A DNA stretch of 63,444 nt, filler included, from Corallochytrium limacisporum Hawaii (Eukaryota; Protista; Pluriformea), in the NCBI GenBank assembly GCA_002811645.1. It is 6 parts of 6 records of this genome, joined end to end, with 100 filler letters (N's around TTAATTAATTAA, not from the genome) between each part and the next. Parts side by side here need not be neighbours in the genome. Positions count along the whole stretch, not along the records: positions 1 to 30,917 come from PDIP01000146.1; 5 more parts are not named here. One strand, 5' to 3'. A program made the translations under genes and the position numbers. Under the pieces are notes generated by a model. That model saw nothing but the letters and a program-made list of their open reading frames with translations, had not been told where the DNA came from and did not search any database. This document shows, piece by piece, positions 1-11,094 of this stretch (position 1 is the first letter of the stretch; every line of letters begins with the position of its first letter).

Positions 1-229
1 CGATGTGTTCAATGTCAAGCCAAAGTCAAAATAGTCCTTTTTTGAGAGTAGCAGGGACTCTTCGTTTGAATCAGCTATTGAAATATTTGTGCATGATTGT
101 TAAAAAGAGCAAAATATAATGAAATAGAATACAATCAATATAAATTATTATACAATCAAGATTGAAAAAGATCCTCGGGAGTCAAGTTTTTCGGAGTTTT
201 GACCCTGACATGCCAGACAGAGGGTGGTA
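1..229 (-). mobile_element. Terminus of a TA-target (Tc1/mariner, Stowaway-like) DNA transposon, truncated at the window/scaffold start
   Basis: On the minus strand it reads TA|CCACCCTCTGTCTGG (TA at 228-229). 1-227 is the reverse complement of 30690-30916 with 5 mismatches by my count. AT-rich and non-coding. Confidence 0.75.
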
Positions 230-568
230 TAGAGTTCCGATCTTGGTTTGGTGGTTCCCATACAGGGCGGGGTTTCCAAGGAAAACTTCGTGGGGCTCTG
301 TTGGCCACTGTGAAGGACCAGCGGTATGGACACATAGGGACCAGGACAACAGCGAGTACCTGTGCGAGAAGAATCACTTGCGAACGATCTGGCTCTTAGT
401 ATTTCAAGCACAACAAATTGGCATTTACTGATCCCAACCGGTGTTGTCTCTAAATGTTCGCCGAGAGCGAAGCGTACATGCTGTATTCGGATACACAAAC
501 TAAAGAAAGAAGGAATGTCAAAAGTTATGGTGTGAACGGATCAGCAACAGCAACCGACAGTTAGAACA

Positions 569-3500
569 ATGTCAGTGTGGGTGTCTGGCTTCGCGGACTT
601 TCTGGTCCCTGCCAAGGATGTTGGCATGGATGGTGGGTACCGTAAGGTAGAGATGTGGGATGACGGCCGTGTGGAGTTTGTTGACCCTGAGCGAGTGTCT
701 AGCATGGACCCTGAATGTGCGCGGGGTGTCCCTGACATGATTCGTCTACCTCAGCTTCATGAAGGTGCACTCTTACATAATGTCAATGTAAGATATATGC
801 GGGACGAAATCTACACGTACACTGGTAGCATCTTGGTGGCGATGAACCCGTATAAGCGCCTGCCAATTTATGATCAAGACTATGTTAGAAAGTACAAGGG
901 TCAACGACTAGGCTTCAGACCGCCTCACTTGTTCGCAATTGCTAATGAGGCCTTTACTTTGCTGGAGCGTACACAAGATAGTCAATGCGTCGTTATCAGT
1001 GGTGAATCTGGTGCAGGAAAGACAGAATCCACAAAGTTGATCCTTAAGTATTTAGCAGCTACGAATCGGTCAAGAAGCAATGTTATTGAGCAGATCATTG
1101 AGTCAAATCCTATCTTGGAGGCGTTTGGAAATGCCAAAACGTTACGCAACAATAACTCTTCGCGGTTCGGAAAGTACATGGAGCTGTGGTATGATGAGTC
1201 GGGAACCATGCGGGGCGCAAGGATTACGGAGTATCTTCTTGAGTTGTCTCGGGTTTCCAGTGCACAAGAAGGTGAGCGGTCCTATCATGTCTTCTACCAG
1301 GTACTGCAGGGCCCTCCTGCGTTATTGGAGGACCTCGGACTGGCAGACGTAAAGGGATTTAATTACCTTCATAACAAGACAGAAGATCAAACGCCAGGTA
1401 TTGACGACAGAGAAGATTTAGTTGGGTTGGATCGAGCTTTTCAAGTCATGGGTCTTGCAAGTGAGACCAAGAGGCGTCTTTTCCGGCTTGTTGCAGCAGT
1501 TTTACACATTGGTAACGTGCACTACGAATCCAAATTTGTGTCCGGTGCGGACTCTGCAGTCGTCATGGATATGATGCCGATTAAGCGTGCGGCGCGACTC
1601 TTAGAAGTAAGTGACAATGATGTGCTTGAGGTCTTGACGGTCAAACGGTCGGCAATTAGGGGTGAGGTGATCAAGACCCCCCTCAATAAGCAAAGTGCAA
1701 TTGACACCCGTGATGCCTTAGCAAAGGCTATCTACAATAACCTCTTCTCGTGGATTGTCAAATGGATCAACACGGTCATTGACACGGAAGGAGTTCGCAG
1801 CATTGGTGTCCTTGATATTTTCGGCTTTGAGCACTTTAAACACAACTCATTTGAGCAATTGTGCATCAATTTCGCCAATGAAAACCTTCAATTCTTCTTC
1901 AATCTGTACATTTTCAAACTTGAGCAGGAAGAGTACAAGTTGGAGAACATTCCGGTAGAGTTCATTGCTTTTCAAGACAATCAGCACGTTTTAGATGCGA
2001 TATCCAAGAAGCCGTCGGGAATATTGCGGCTCTTGGACGAGCAAACCAATCTTCCAAGCGGAAATGATGCAAACTTTTTGAGCAAGATTCAGACTACACA
2101 CGCAAACACCGAAGCAATCGTGAAACAGCGCATAAGATCGGAGAAGTTCGGCATTCACCACTATGCTGGAGATGTCATGTACGACGTCGCGGGTTTTGTG
2201 GACAAGAACCAAAATCCTACCCGAGAAACCATGGTTGACCTTCTATGTAGTTCGAAATGTGAGCTTATGACCCAGCTGTTCAGGGAAAACCCGGAGGTTC
2301 AGGCTATGCTAGCAACCAACAAAGCCCCGGCCAAACGATCCACTGTGGGAAACACCTTCAGAGTAAGCTTAGAGAAACTTATTAAGAAGATGTCGGAGTG
2401 CACGCCGCATTTTGTTCGGTGCATCAAACCAAACGAACAGAAGGCCGCACATATGATCGAGCCTGAAATAGTCATGAATCAGCTGAAATACTCTGGCATG
2501 TTGGAAACCATCAAGATTCGGCGAATGGGATATCCCACGCGTGTGGATTTAGCGACCTTTGCAGAGCGTTACCAGATTCTTGCCGGTGTTGCAGCAAGCG
2601 ATGTGAGCGAACGATGCTGGAACATTATCACATCTGTTACACAGCGATCCCGCAAGGACAGCATGGACGAGTTTATCGTTGGCAAGTACCGTGTTTTCAT
2701 GAAGGAATATGCTGGTCGAATGATTAACGACTTTTTGAGCAAGAAGCTGTACCATGATGTGGTACTGATTCAAAAGATTTGGCGTGGGTATAGTGTGCGC
2801 AAGCGTTTCTATGCCCGCATGAATTGTGTCAGGATCGTTCAACGAACATTTGTGTGCTGGTTCTATCGCCGGCAACTCGTGCAACGGCGTGACGCAGCTC
2901 GCGCCATTCAGGGATGGTGGAGGGGACTGGCATATCGCCGTGCGTTCTTGAAGTGGAAACACGAGCAAGTGTTGCGAAAGGCTCTTGCTGCTGAACGGCT
3001 CAACACCCTGCGGACAATGCTCGCTGCAGAAAGGGATAGGATCGAAAGGCTCAATGAGATTGATGAGCAATGGCGCCTGGGAGAGAGTTATCCCACAGAG
3101 AAAGACATTGTGCCTCCGGAGGTCCAACTACCAAAGGGACTTGCGCTGACACTTGCAGGAAGTGGAGGTAGTGACAATGAAGTACCCGATGTTCGATCCA
3201 TTTACATCGAGGATTATTCTGAGTTTGTGGAATCTAATGCATACGCTCCCTTCCGCGAGCGCTTCAAAGTACCTGTCGACTTTGATCCTGTCCGATACCA
3301 CTTTGTACGCTACTCGTTTGCCTTTTGGAACACACCAGATCTTCCAGGCTTTATCAACGGAATGCTCAAACAACCGCTGACGATTCTTCCTGAAAAATTG
3401 TCGCAGCTGGCCCTCGATTGCTTCTCTGCCATTCAGGTATACACTCGTGATTTCAGTCTCACTCCAGCTCAGAGAAGGTTGTTAGCGAATTGGACCATTC

Positions 3501-6500
3501 AGCAGGCGCTTGACTACAAGAATCTCCGGGACGAAATCTACTCACAGCTTGTCAATCAACTGTGGAAGAATGACGACATCATGATTGTTCGAAACCTTTG
3601 GCAAATGATGTTGCTTTGTCTCCGATCTTTCCCTCCAAGTGACACACTCTTCTGGTATTTGCTGACATTCATCGATGATCAGGCATTGACTAATTTCGGC
3701 AAGTCATGTCATGACCTCATGATGCGCATTGCACAGATTGGACCGCGTAAGAACCCTCCAGCCATGGTGGAACATCATTTGTCAATGGATGGAAAGGCGG
3801 CTGCCGTGTTCGAATTGCACTTCCCTGACCAGAAGAAGGTCTCGATGAAAATTGATGGATGTGTGACTGGTCGCAATCTTACAGAGACTGGCTGTACTGT
3901 TCGGGATGTCCAAAATACTGATGGCTGGGGAATCTGTGCAATTCTCGGGTCTGAAGTGGCATATTATCTGGATGACGGCGATCGAATTCTTGACGTCGTA
4001 TATGAGTTCGAGAACCTAGACATTGACAAGCACGCCCTGTACTTGTACAAGGACGTGGACGAAATTCTTGGGGTATTCCCGCCCCCCAACACAGATATGT
4101 CCAAGATCGAGATGAGAAAGAAGGTGACATCGGAAATCGCCAAGCCTGAGGAGGCGGCTCTTGAGTTCATTCAGCAGGCTGTCGGGGCTATGGAACAAGA
4201 TACTGCTGCATCTATCGAATTCAACCGAGGCCTAGCGCCACCAATACCCCACGTCGTGCCACCCACCCCAGACGCTGCCTTGCTGGAAGGCAATCCTATG
4301 GATATTCATGACGCACCCACCTCCGCTCCCCCGGTGCCGCCACCAAGAACTCAAGTTGCCGCCGCTGAGCAACCTGTGGATGGCAATGATAATCCCATAC
4401 CTCCCCCGAGACCGCCCAAACGGAACCCTTTTATGGGCATGGACATTGATGGCCCGAAAACGCAGACCAGTAAGGAGAATCTGGAAGATCGAATCCGAGG
4501 TGGTATTGATGACGAGCATGGAACGGAAGACAAGAAAGAAGAGACCAAGGCGAGAGAAGCGTCGGAGAAGACGGAAACTGCAGAGAAGTTCGCCACGGGA
4601 CCACGCGGTCCCCAGATTCGGCGAGGCAAGGGTCGTGGTCTCATGGCGGAGCTGAAGAGCAGCAGGAGAAAGAGACCCGAGACAAGCGTCGATGTGTCCA
4701 AGGAAGTAGCTCTTGAAACCGCACGGCGTGAGCAGCGATACCGCCAGAGACCAAAGGAAGGTGAGACAGTCTATCAGGATCTTGGGGCTCTTTTGACGCA
4801 AAAGCAGGAATCTTCAACAGCAAAGTTGAATATTCCCGTTCGGAAGAAGGCGGATACCCCTTTGGACAGCGAATTGTCCACCTCAGGCCAGAAAGCGGGT
4901 ATGAAGCGAGTGTCATCCCGCACCAGCATGATGGATCTCATGTTCGAATCGTCGGAGCCAGTGAAGGTTGATGTTGAACCTGTCGCAGGAGCTGAACCCA
5001 CGCGCAAAGATTCGGAGTCCACAGTGGAGGGTCTGGATTCCAAGACACGGATTGTTGAAGAGAATCAGGTTCCGGTGGCGCGTGCGCAGACAGCATATCC
5101 CTCTGCCAAGCCGACACATAAAGCCAGAAAGTTGGCACCGGGAGAGGTCCGTGTGATTCCTGACGAATACGCAGATCTCCATGAACTAACCGAGGAGCAG
5201 CTTGAGAAGCGCATCGCAGAGTACAACGAGCAGCAACGCCGCATGCATCAGATGAAGGAGCATGGCGTTGAGTTGTCTACCGCTGGAGATGCAAAGATCG
5301 AATTCAATCAAATGGCCTTCCTGGATGGGGACGGTTCGAAGGGAACTCTTCGTCGGGAGCCTCCTCCGGCGATGGTTAACAGTGTCTATGATCTGCCAGA
5401 CAACAAGCCAGCGAGGCGGAGGAGCAAGCATCAGTCTGAGATGCTCCGTGTGCGCAGCCAGATTGCAATTGCCAAGGGGTTGAGCCGCAGTCCATCGCAA
5501 GCAACCATGCGCGGAGTCCCTCAGCTGAGCCCGAATATGTCCAGTGCTGCTTCAACAGTAGAGTTTGGCGAGAACCACATGCTCAGGCCTGACTACCGAC
5601 CCGGCTGGACTGCAGACCCTGACGCTCTTGACGAGGTTCTTGAAGGCCTTGACATGTGGGTGTATACTGATAGGGCGTTCCTGGCAGCCCCTGGCTTGGC
5701 ATATCCTGTTCCAAGACCGTGGCAATTTTTCCTTCGGAAACAGTACTTCTTGCCAGGCGAAGATCAACAAGAAATGAGTGTGAGTACTCTCCGGCTGATC
5801 TATGCCCAAATTCACTTAGATTTATACCAGAACAAGGCATCTCTACTGTTTGACCAGGAAAGAGACCTCTTGAATGAACACCTGAACAAGTACCCTGGTG
5901 TTGACATGACACCACTGTCATGTCCAAAGGAAGTCATCATCGAGATTATCGGACTGTGTAGATCTTTCTCTTTGTACTTCAGCAGCTTCAATCGGATCAC
6001 AGTGCTGCCAAGCGGCGAAGTCTACTACTTGGCAATTGGTGAGGTTGGTCTCAAAATGTGTGCAATTCGAAAAGGTACCAAGCGCGTCATTGGCACGCAC
6101 GACTGGATTGATGTCGGCGAGATCACGGTAGAGAAGAATGTGATGGAGCTTCATGTCGCAGAAGCTGTTTTGCGCTTCAAGGGCAATGTAGCGCACATCC
6201 ACGAATTGTTGCTCAAGTACCATCAGCGCTTCCGTACATCTGCGAGACACTATGTTTGCCACACTGACTTTGATATGGATGACCAGATGCTGCTGAATCT
6301 GAAGAGGGGCGATCTCATCGAAGCTAATCGCATGGCATCGGCGCAGGGCTGGATGTACGGCAAGCCCTTGAAACAGGAAAGAAGTGGTTGGTTCGACCTT
6401 AAGTATGTGGTGCCCCTCGCCGGCGACCCGACACCGGTGCGGGTTGCGAAAGCTCTACAAAATGCGGAGAGAGAGCAAAAGCGCATGCACACTATTCTGG

Positions 6501-9130
6501 CAGGGAGCAGAGAGGGTGGCAAGCTCACGCAGGCTTCAGTGGACAGGGCAACGAGACGAAGTGAAGGCATTGCACTTCCGCGATCCAATGCCGGCCGGCA
6601 TTCTGTCGATCCCATGGCCAGTGGCCGCAAATCTCGTAGGAAGCGTGCACCTATACCCAACGAGTCGTCCTTCATAGCGGGTCGATTGAATGCGAAGAAG
6701 AAGAGGCGAGAGCGTCACAAAAGACAGGCTTTCTCCTTTGTTGAATTTGGTATTCGGCACTTCCGAAGCATGCATGTCTGCGATAAACGCATGAAGCCTA
6801 TTGGTAAGGAAATCTCTCTGGACGGGCTGAGTAATGAGCGCCTGGCAACCATTGTGCAGTTTACTGAATACCCGATTAAGGACTCCCTTCTGAAATTCAT
6901 GGACAAGGACAAAACGATTCGAACTTCAGCAGTCATCACTTTCACGGAGATCATGAAGTTTATGGGTGACTACCCTACGAAGCGCAGTGATTATGAGACG
7001 TTCCTGACGGTCCTCAAGATTGGCCACCAAAATAAGGCTTTGCCAGATGAGGTTTACTGTCAGCTCATGAAGCAATTGACGAACAATCGGAGCTCTGCCC
7101 CCTCAGCGCCAGCAAAGGGATGGAGCATGCTGGCCATGATGACCATGTATCTTGTCCCCACGGTGGCTCTGGAGCCATACCTCGTCGCTTTTCTCCGTAG
7201 GTACTCGGAGGAAGATATTGGAGAATTCTACCAAACTGCCCGTGCAGCGGAGAGAAATCTGCTTGCAATTCTCAGACTAGGTGGAAGGCGCATTCTAGTG
7301 AATCTTCCTGAGTTCACGGCAAACATGCGAGGCAAGTTTGCGAAGGTAGTGAAGGTGCACAACAACGTCGGCGAGTCGGCTGTGGTAGACGTCAACGGTG
7401 TCTCAACTGTTGAGCAGATTCTTGTCCAATGCGGTAAGTATTTCGGTGTACCCGCGGAGTACTTGAACAATTTCGGCCTATTTGTCGCCACAGGAAAGGA
7501 TATCACAACTCCCCTGGACCCTGAGGAATACCTGATGGACATTAACACAGCTCTCGAGTTCCAGGGCCTCAGCTATGAGTTACAGTTCCGGAGATGCTAC
7601 TACTACCAGCCGTGGAGAAGCATTTCAGCTGCGTTCGATAACATCGAGTTCCCTGACAACAGAGAGGCCTTCCTGGACGGACGTTTGGTGCTACTTGATG
7701 GTGCACCGCAGGACTTCAGGAGACAGATGCAAAGACTGGCTGCACTGCTGTACGCGGTCCAACCCTTCGGGGACCCATTCAAGTTCACACCTTCTGACTT
7801 AAAGCAGGTCTTTCCACTGCGTTGGATGAATATTTCCATCCAGCATATGGAAACAGAGGAAAAGAAGAAGTGGACAGTGAAACTTCTGCGCGGCTTCCTC
7901 AAACACTGGAACGAACTAGTGGAAAAGGGTATAGACAAACGCGCATGCAAGCGTGAATTCTTACAGATTTTGAGCCGCTGGCCCCTCTTTGGATCCAACT
8001 TGTTCCATTGCTTCTCCACGAACGTTGCAGATTTTGACGGTACTGCAACCTTGGCGCTGAATCCCAAGGGCGCCGTTCTAATAGCCAATTCCACAAAGCA
8101 CGTCCTGCAGACGTACAAGATGGCACAGATCCTGTCTGTGCGACGTGTGGTGATCAAAAAGCAGGTCAAGGTCTATGTGGACATTAGGGTTGGGGATCTG
8201 TACAGTAAGAGCATTTTAAGGGTTGAGACTTCTAGGTCCAACGAATTGATGAATGCTGTGAAGAACTACGTGCTTGAATATATGGATGCACAAGATGAGA
8301 GTGGAGAAAACTCCCCCCGAGACGTGTCGTTCCCATCTGCTGGCGACCAAGATCATCACTACGAAACAGTTAGGCCAACGAAGCCCCTTGGCCGAACGGC
8401 AAAGAAGTTCCGTGCTTCCAACGCCTCGCTTGCGTCCGTTGAGTCGTTCACGGGCGAGACAAAGGGGAAAGGTGGCCGGGATCAGGAGTTTAACGCATCT
8501 GATATGGCGCTGTATCACACGCGAGAGGGTCTTTCCGTGATGGAAGACCGTGGTTCTAAATCCATGGACCTCCTCACTACCGACTATGGTCGAAGCCAAG
8601 AGTCCGATTTGGCTATATCGCCACGCACCAAGAAGAAGTTCTTTAAGCAAAGGAGCGATCCTGATGCTTCTTCGTTCGACGGGTTGTTTGACAACAGAAA
8701 GCTGGTCAGCCCCGTAGATACGGTTGCAGCAGTCGAGGATGCCGCGAGGAAGTCCTCGAAGGCGATACGCAAAGCTGAGAAGGCCGCCCGAACACAGCAT
8801 GGGAAACTCTCCAAAGAGGAGGCAATGGTCCGACTAGAAGCCGACGATGCGTTTGGCAAGCAAGAAGACGTGTCTCAAGATCCCCTGCTTCTTGCCCTGC
8901 GTTCCGAGGACTCTAGGAAAGAAAAGGAAAGCAGGGCCAAGCGTGACACCCTGAGTCCCAGCAAACAGAAGGCGGGGGCACCAACCGAGGGTTTGGCTGC
9001 TGATCTGTCGAAATCCAACACCGCGGTCGCACCCGCTCGCAGAAAGAAGAAGGAAGTGACAGGCCTGGCTGCTGACTTGATGACATCTGACACTGCTGTC
9101 GCACCGACGCGTAGAAAGAAGAAGACCTGA
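569..9130 (+). CDS. Unconventional MyTH4-FERM myosin, class XV-like (motor, IQ motifs, MyTH4, long disordered insert, FERM-like, SH3, MyTH4, FERM)
   Basis: Intronless 2853-aa ORF. P-loop GESGAGKT, LEAFGNAKT..NNNSSRFGK, LDIFGFE, FVRCIKPN. IQ motifs IQKIWRGYSVRK and IQGWWRGLAYRR. Two MyTH4 signatures (LRDEIYSQLVNQ, LPDEVYCQLMKQLTNN) and an SH3 domain. The block PWQFFLRKQYFLPGE resembles myosin XV. The class assignment is less sure than the myosin call. Confidence 0.93.
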   Translation: MSVWVSGFADFLVPAKDVGMDGGYRKVEMWDDGRVEFVDPERVSSMDPECARGVPDMIRLPQLHEGALLHNVNVRYMRDEIYTYTGSILVAMNPYKRLPIYDQDYVRKYKGQRLGFRPPHLFAIANEAFTLLERTQDSQCVVISGESGAGKTESTKLILKYLAATNRSRSNVIEQIIESNPILEAFGNAKTLRNNNSSRFGKYMELWYDESGTMRGARITEYLLELSRVSSAQEGERSYHVFYQVLQGPPALLEDLGLADVKGFNYLHNKTEDQTPGIDDREDLVGLDRAFQVMGLASETKRRLFRLVAAVLHIGNVHYESKFVSGADSAVVMDMMPIKRAARLLEVSDNDVLEVLTVKRSAIRGEVIKTPLNKQSAIDTRDALAKAIYNNLFSWIVKWINTVIDTEGVRSIGVLDIFGFEHFKHNSFEQLCINFANENLQFFFNLYIFKLEQEEYKLENIPVEFIAFQDNQHVLDAISKKPSGILRLLDEQTNLPSGNDANFLSKIQTTHANTEAIVKQRIRSEKFGIHHYAGDVMYDVAGFVDKNQNPTRETMVDLLCSSKCELMTQLFRENPEVQAMLATNKAPAKRSTVGNTFRVSLEKLIKKMSECTPHFVRCIKPNEQKAAHMIEPEIVMNQLKYSGMLETIKIRRMGYPTRVDLATFAERYQILAGVAASDVSERCWNIITSVTQRSRKDSMDEFIVGKYRVFMKEYAGRMINDFLSKKLYHDVVLIQKIWRGYSVRKRFYARMNCVRIVQRTFVCWFYRRQLVQRRDAARAIQGWWRGLAYRRAFLKWKHEQVLRKALAAERLNTLRTMLAAERDRIERLNEIDEQWRLGESYPTEKDIVPPEVQLPKGLALTLAGSGGSDNEVPDVRSIYIEDYSEFVESNAYAPFRERFKVPVDFDPVRYHFVRYSFAFWNTPDLPGFINGMLKQPLTILPEKLSQLALDCFSAIQVYTRDFSLTPAQRRLLANWTIQQALDYKNLRDEIYSQLVNQLWKNDDIMIVRNLWQMMLLCLRSFPPSDTLFWYLLTFIDDQALTNFGKSCHDLMMRIAQIGPRKNPPAMVEHHLSMDGKAAAVFELHFPDQKKVSMKIDGCVTGRNLTETGCTVRDVQNTDGWGICAILGSEVAYYLDDGDRILDVVYEFENLDIDKHALYLYKDVDEILGVFPPPNTDMSKIEMRKKVTSEIAKPEEAALEFIQQAVGAMEQDTAASIEFNRGLAPPIPHVVPPTPDAALLEGNPMDIHDAPTSAPPVPPPRTQVAAAEQPVDGNDNPIPPPRPPKRNPFMGMDIDGPKTQTSKENLEDRIRGGIDDEHGTEDKKEETKAREASEKTETAEKFATGPRGPQIRRGKGRGLMAELKSSRRKRPETSVDVSKEVALETARREQRYRQRPKEGETVYQDLGALLTQKQESSTAKLNIPVRKKADTPLDSELSTSGQKAGMKRVSSRTSMMDLMFESSEPVKVDVEPVAGAEPTRKDSESTVEGLDSKTRIVEENQVPVARAQTAYPSAKPTHKARKLAPGEVRVIPDEYADLHELTEEQLEKRIAEYNEQQRRMHQMKEHGVELSTAGDAKIEFNQMAFLDGDGSKGTLRREPPPAMVNSVYDLPDNKPARRRSKHQSEMLRVRSQIAIAKGLSRSPSQATMRGVPQLSPNMSSAASTVEFGENHMLRPDYRPGWTADPDALDEVLEGLDMWVYTDRAFLAAPGLAYPVPRPWQFFLRKQYFLPGEDQQEMSVSTLRLIYAQIHLDLYQNKASLLFDQERDLLNEHLNKYPGVDMTPLSCPKEVIIEIIGLCRSFSLYFSSFNRITVLPSGEVYYLAIGEVGLKMCAIRKGTKRVIGTHDWIDVGEITVEKNVMELHVAEAVLRFKGNVAHIHELLLKYHQRFRTSARHYVCHTDFDMDDQMLLNLKRGDLIEANRMASAQGWMYGKPLKQERSGWFDLKYVVPLAGDPTPVRVAKALQNAEREQKRMHTILAGSREGGKLTQASVDRATRRSEGIALPRSNAGRHSVDPMASGRKSRRKRAPIPNESSFIAGRLNAKKKRRERHKRQAFSFVEFGIRHFRSMHVCDKRMKPIGKEISLDGLSNERLATIVQFTEYPIKDSLLKFMDKDKTIRTSAVITFTEIMKFMGDYPTKRSDYETFLTVLKIGHQNKALPDEVYCQLMKQLTNNRSSAPSAPAKGWSMLAMMTMYLVPTVALEPYLVAFLRRYSEEDIGEFYQTARAAERNLLAILRLGGRRILVNLPEFTANMRGKFAKVVKVHNNVGESAVVDVNGVSTVEQILVQCGKYFGVPAEYLNNFGLFVATGKDITTPLDPEEYLMDINTALEFQGLSYELQFRRCYYYQPWRSISAAFDNIEFPDNREAFLDGRLVLLDGAPQDFRRQMQRLAALLYAVQPFGDPFKFTPSDLKQVFPLRWMNISIQHMETEEKKKWTVKLLRGFLKHWNELVEKGIDKRACKREFLQILSRWPLFGSNLFHCFSTNVADFDGTATLALNPKGAVLIANSTKHVLQTYKMAQILSVRRVVIKKQVKVYVDIRVGDLYSKSILRVETSRSNELMNAVKNYVLEYMDAQDESGENSPRDVSFPSAGDQDHHYETVRPTKPLGRTAKKFRASNASLASVESFTGETKGKGGRDQEFNASDMALYHTREGLSVMEDRGSKSMDLLTTDYGRSQESDLAISPRTKKKFFKQRSDPDASSFDGLFDNRKLVSPVDTVAAVEDAARKSSKAIRKAEKAARTQHGKLSKEEAMVRLEADDAFGKQEDVSQDPLLLALRSEDSRKEKESRAKRDTLSPSKQKAGAPTEGLAADLSKSNTAVAPARRKKKEVTGLAADLMTSDTAVAPTRRKKKT

Positions 9131-9229
9131 AATATGACTTGAAGGGGAACGATATTAGGAGGAGAATAAACTTTAGTTACAGAAGTAGAATCTACCTGAC
9201 GTTGCGATGGGATACAAATTTATTGGTCT

Positions 9230-10126
9230 CTAGTTGGTCTTTGCTTCAATCTTGCCCTTGGTGGAGTAGCTCAAGAAGCTCTCCTTGGGGATGGGACCAT
9301 CGGCGTAGGTCTTGAAGAGGTACGCTACAATGTCAGAGCTTTCAAACATCTCAACACCAGTGTTAGGGTCCTTAAGGAAAGGCACCTGGACTTTACCATG
9401 TTGCCTGATAAAATCCTTACGCTTGGCCGAACCTTTAGCAATGTTGTGGAGAATGTAAGGCAACTCTAGGGAGCACAGGGCCTCACGTGCCAGACGGCAG
9501 TACGGCGAGGCCTCGAAAGACCACAGCTCGAGAGGCTTCTTCGGAACCTTCGATGGGATGCGGAGCAGGCCATGCTCTGGAGCCGGCCGGGTCATAGTGC
9601 TCAGGCCCAGGGTCAGCATCTGCACAGCCTTGTTCTGGTTTACAGCGTTCACATTCCAACGACGCTCGGCTCCGTTGCCGTACTCCTCCCAAAGATACTT
9701 GATGATGTCGTCGCTCTCGTACATTGCAGTACCGGTATTATCGTCAATCAGGTAAGGGAATGCCAGGCGTCCGCCTTTCTTCTTCACTACTGGACGGAAG
9801 CGGCTGTCTTTGCAATAGCCGTACTGTGTCAGAGTTTCCCGCGGGCAGGGATATATCTCGGCGTCGAGGTCAAGCTCAGACATGGTCTCCCGGACCTTCT
9901 TGCAGAACGGACAGCCCTCGAATTCGTACAGTTTTAGAGGAATCTTAGGGTGCTTACTGTTGCGAATGCCCTTAGCCACAGCCAGACCGGCGCCGAACCG
10001 CAAAATCGAGCCCCAGCAGAGGAGGAGGATATCAAACACACGACGAGAGTACGGGATCGGTACCGCAGCCAGGGTCAGATAGACCCACTGCCAGGTGGCC
10101 ATAACAATTGCGACTCCGTTTGCCAT
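9230..10126 (-). CDS. Thioredoxin-fold protein with two tandem GST-N/glutaredoxin-like domains
   Basis: 298 aa with two homologous halves: LKLYEFEGCPFCKKVRE...FPYLIDDNTGTAMYESDDIIKYL and LELWSFEASPYCRLARE...VPFLKDPNTGVEMFESSDIVAYL. Hydrophobic N-terminus. Confidence 0.88.
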   Translation of the reverse strand: MANGVAIVMATWQWVYLTLAAVPIPYSRRVFDILLLCWGSILRFGAGLAVAKGIRNSKHPKIPLKLYEFEGCPFCKKVRETMSELDLDAEIYPCPRETLTQYGYCKDSRFRPVVKKKGGRLAFPYLIDDNTGTAMYESDDIIKYLWEEYGNGAERRWNVNAVNQNKAVQMLTLGLSTMTRPAPEHGLLRIPSKVPKKPLELWSFEASPYCRLAREALCSLELPYILHNIAKGSAKRKDFIRQHGKVQVPFLKDPNTGVEMFESSDIVAYLFKTYADGPIPKESFLSYSTKGKIEAKTN

Positions 10127-11094
10127 TTTGAGCTTCTGCGTTGAACAGACACCAGCAATGAAGAAAGCCTATACTTCTCTCTTTAAGTACGATCATCTAG
10201 AAGCATGTCCACACCAGAGATCGCTCCGTATTTCTTGTAGCTTGACCAATACCAAGTTTCAGATATTCTTCAACTACGCCCCTGGTGTGTTCGTGTTTTG
10301 TGGTCCGGGCAGTCGACTCGCCGTTGGGCCAATAGCGCCATTTTTAGCAGCGTTCAACAGAAGGGGGAATCAATGCCAACAATCCCTCGTTATGTACGAT
10401 GCTCCAATTCTAAGACTTAATATTGATTCACTATCACTGATCCGGCACCGAACGGACCGGACCGGTCACAAGACCCAACCGACCCTCTCCCCACCAGTTG
10501 GTAGTGTGTCTTAGTGCGCGTACAACCGAGGACGACTAAGCACGGATAGTGCAGTTTGTCTTTCCTCTACCATCACAAACCCCCCCTCCAAACCACTCGC
10601 GTCCCTGTGACCCATCCGGGCCCTTTCTCAACTGTAGCACACCATGGTACGCCTTCTGGCCGGGCACAGGTGATGCCCTGTTCCACTATCAACCAGAGAC
10701 GAGCGCCGAGGACCATCATGCAACACTACAGAGATTCGTATGATGGTGAGTGAACTGCGCAGTTTGCAACGATGTGTCAAGGGACTTCGACCCCGAGAGA
10801 GTGTGTCCCCAAGAAAAATGATTTCAGGCGCCCCTTGTCGTTTCCCAGCACGTTCCCCTATATCACTATGATGAGCATCTGCATTTCCATCAGCAATGTA
10901 AGGTCGCATCTGCAGCAACATGTTGTCCTTGGAGAGGTTTGCGACGTATGTGATCGTGCACACTACCCATTGTCATGAACAATCATCGTGACATCTCATC
11001 CAAGGAGAGCTGTAGAGGAGCCCGCACGAGCGCCGTACTCAAACACTTTTGCTGTCGATACACGGTGCGCAATCGGACTGTCAGAATTGCCGGC

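Noticed and set aside
162-431. ORFs sharing the start MKKILGSQVFRSFDPD (162-431 + and 30393-30755 -)
   Set aside because: They begin at TTG inside the repeated transposon terminus and run into unrelated flanks; not genes.
10506-10543. Short hairpin (GTGTCTTAGT...ACTAAGCAC) as a ribozyme or Helitron end
   Set aside because: Only a ~9-bp imperfect stem; no hammerhead core and no CTRR terminus at the expected spacing.
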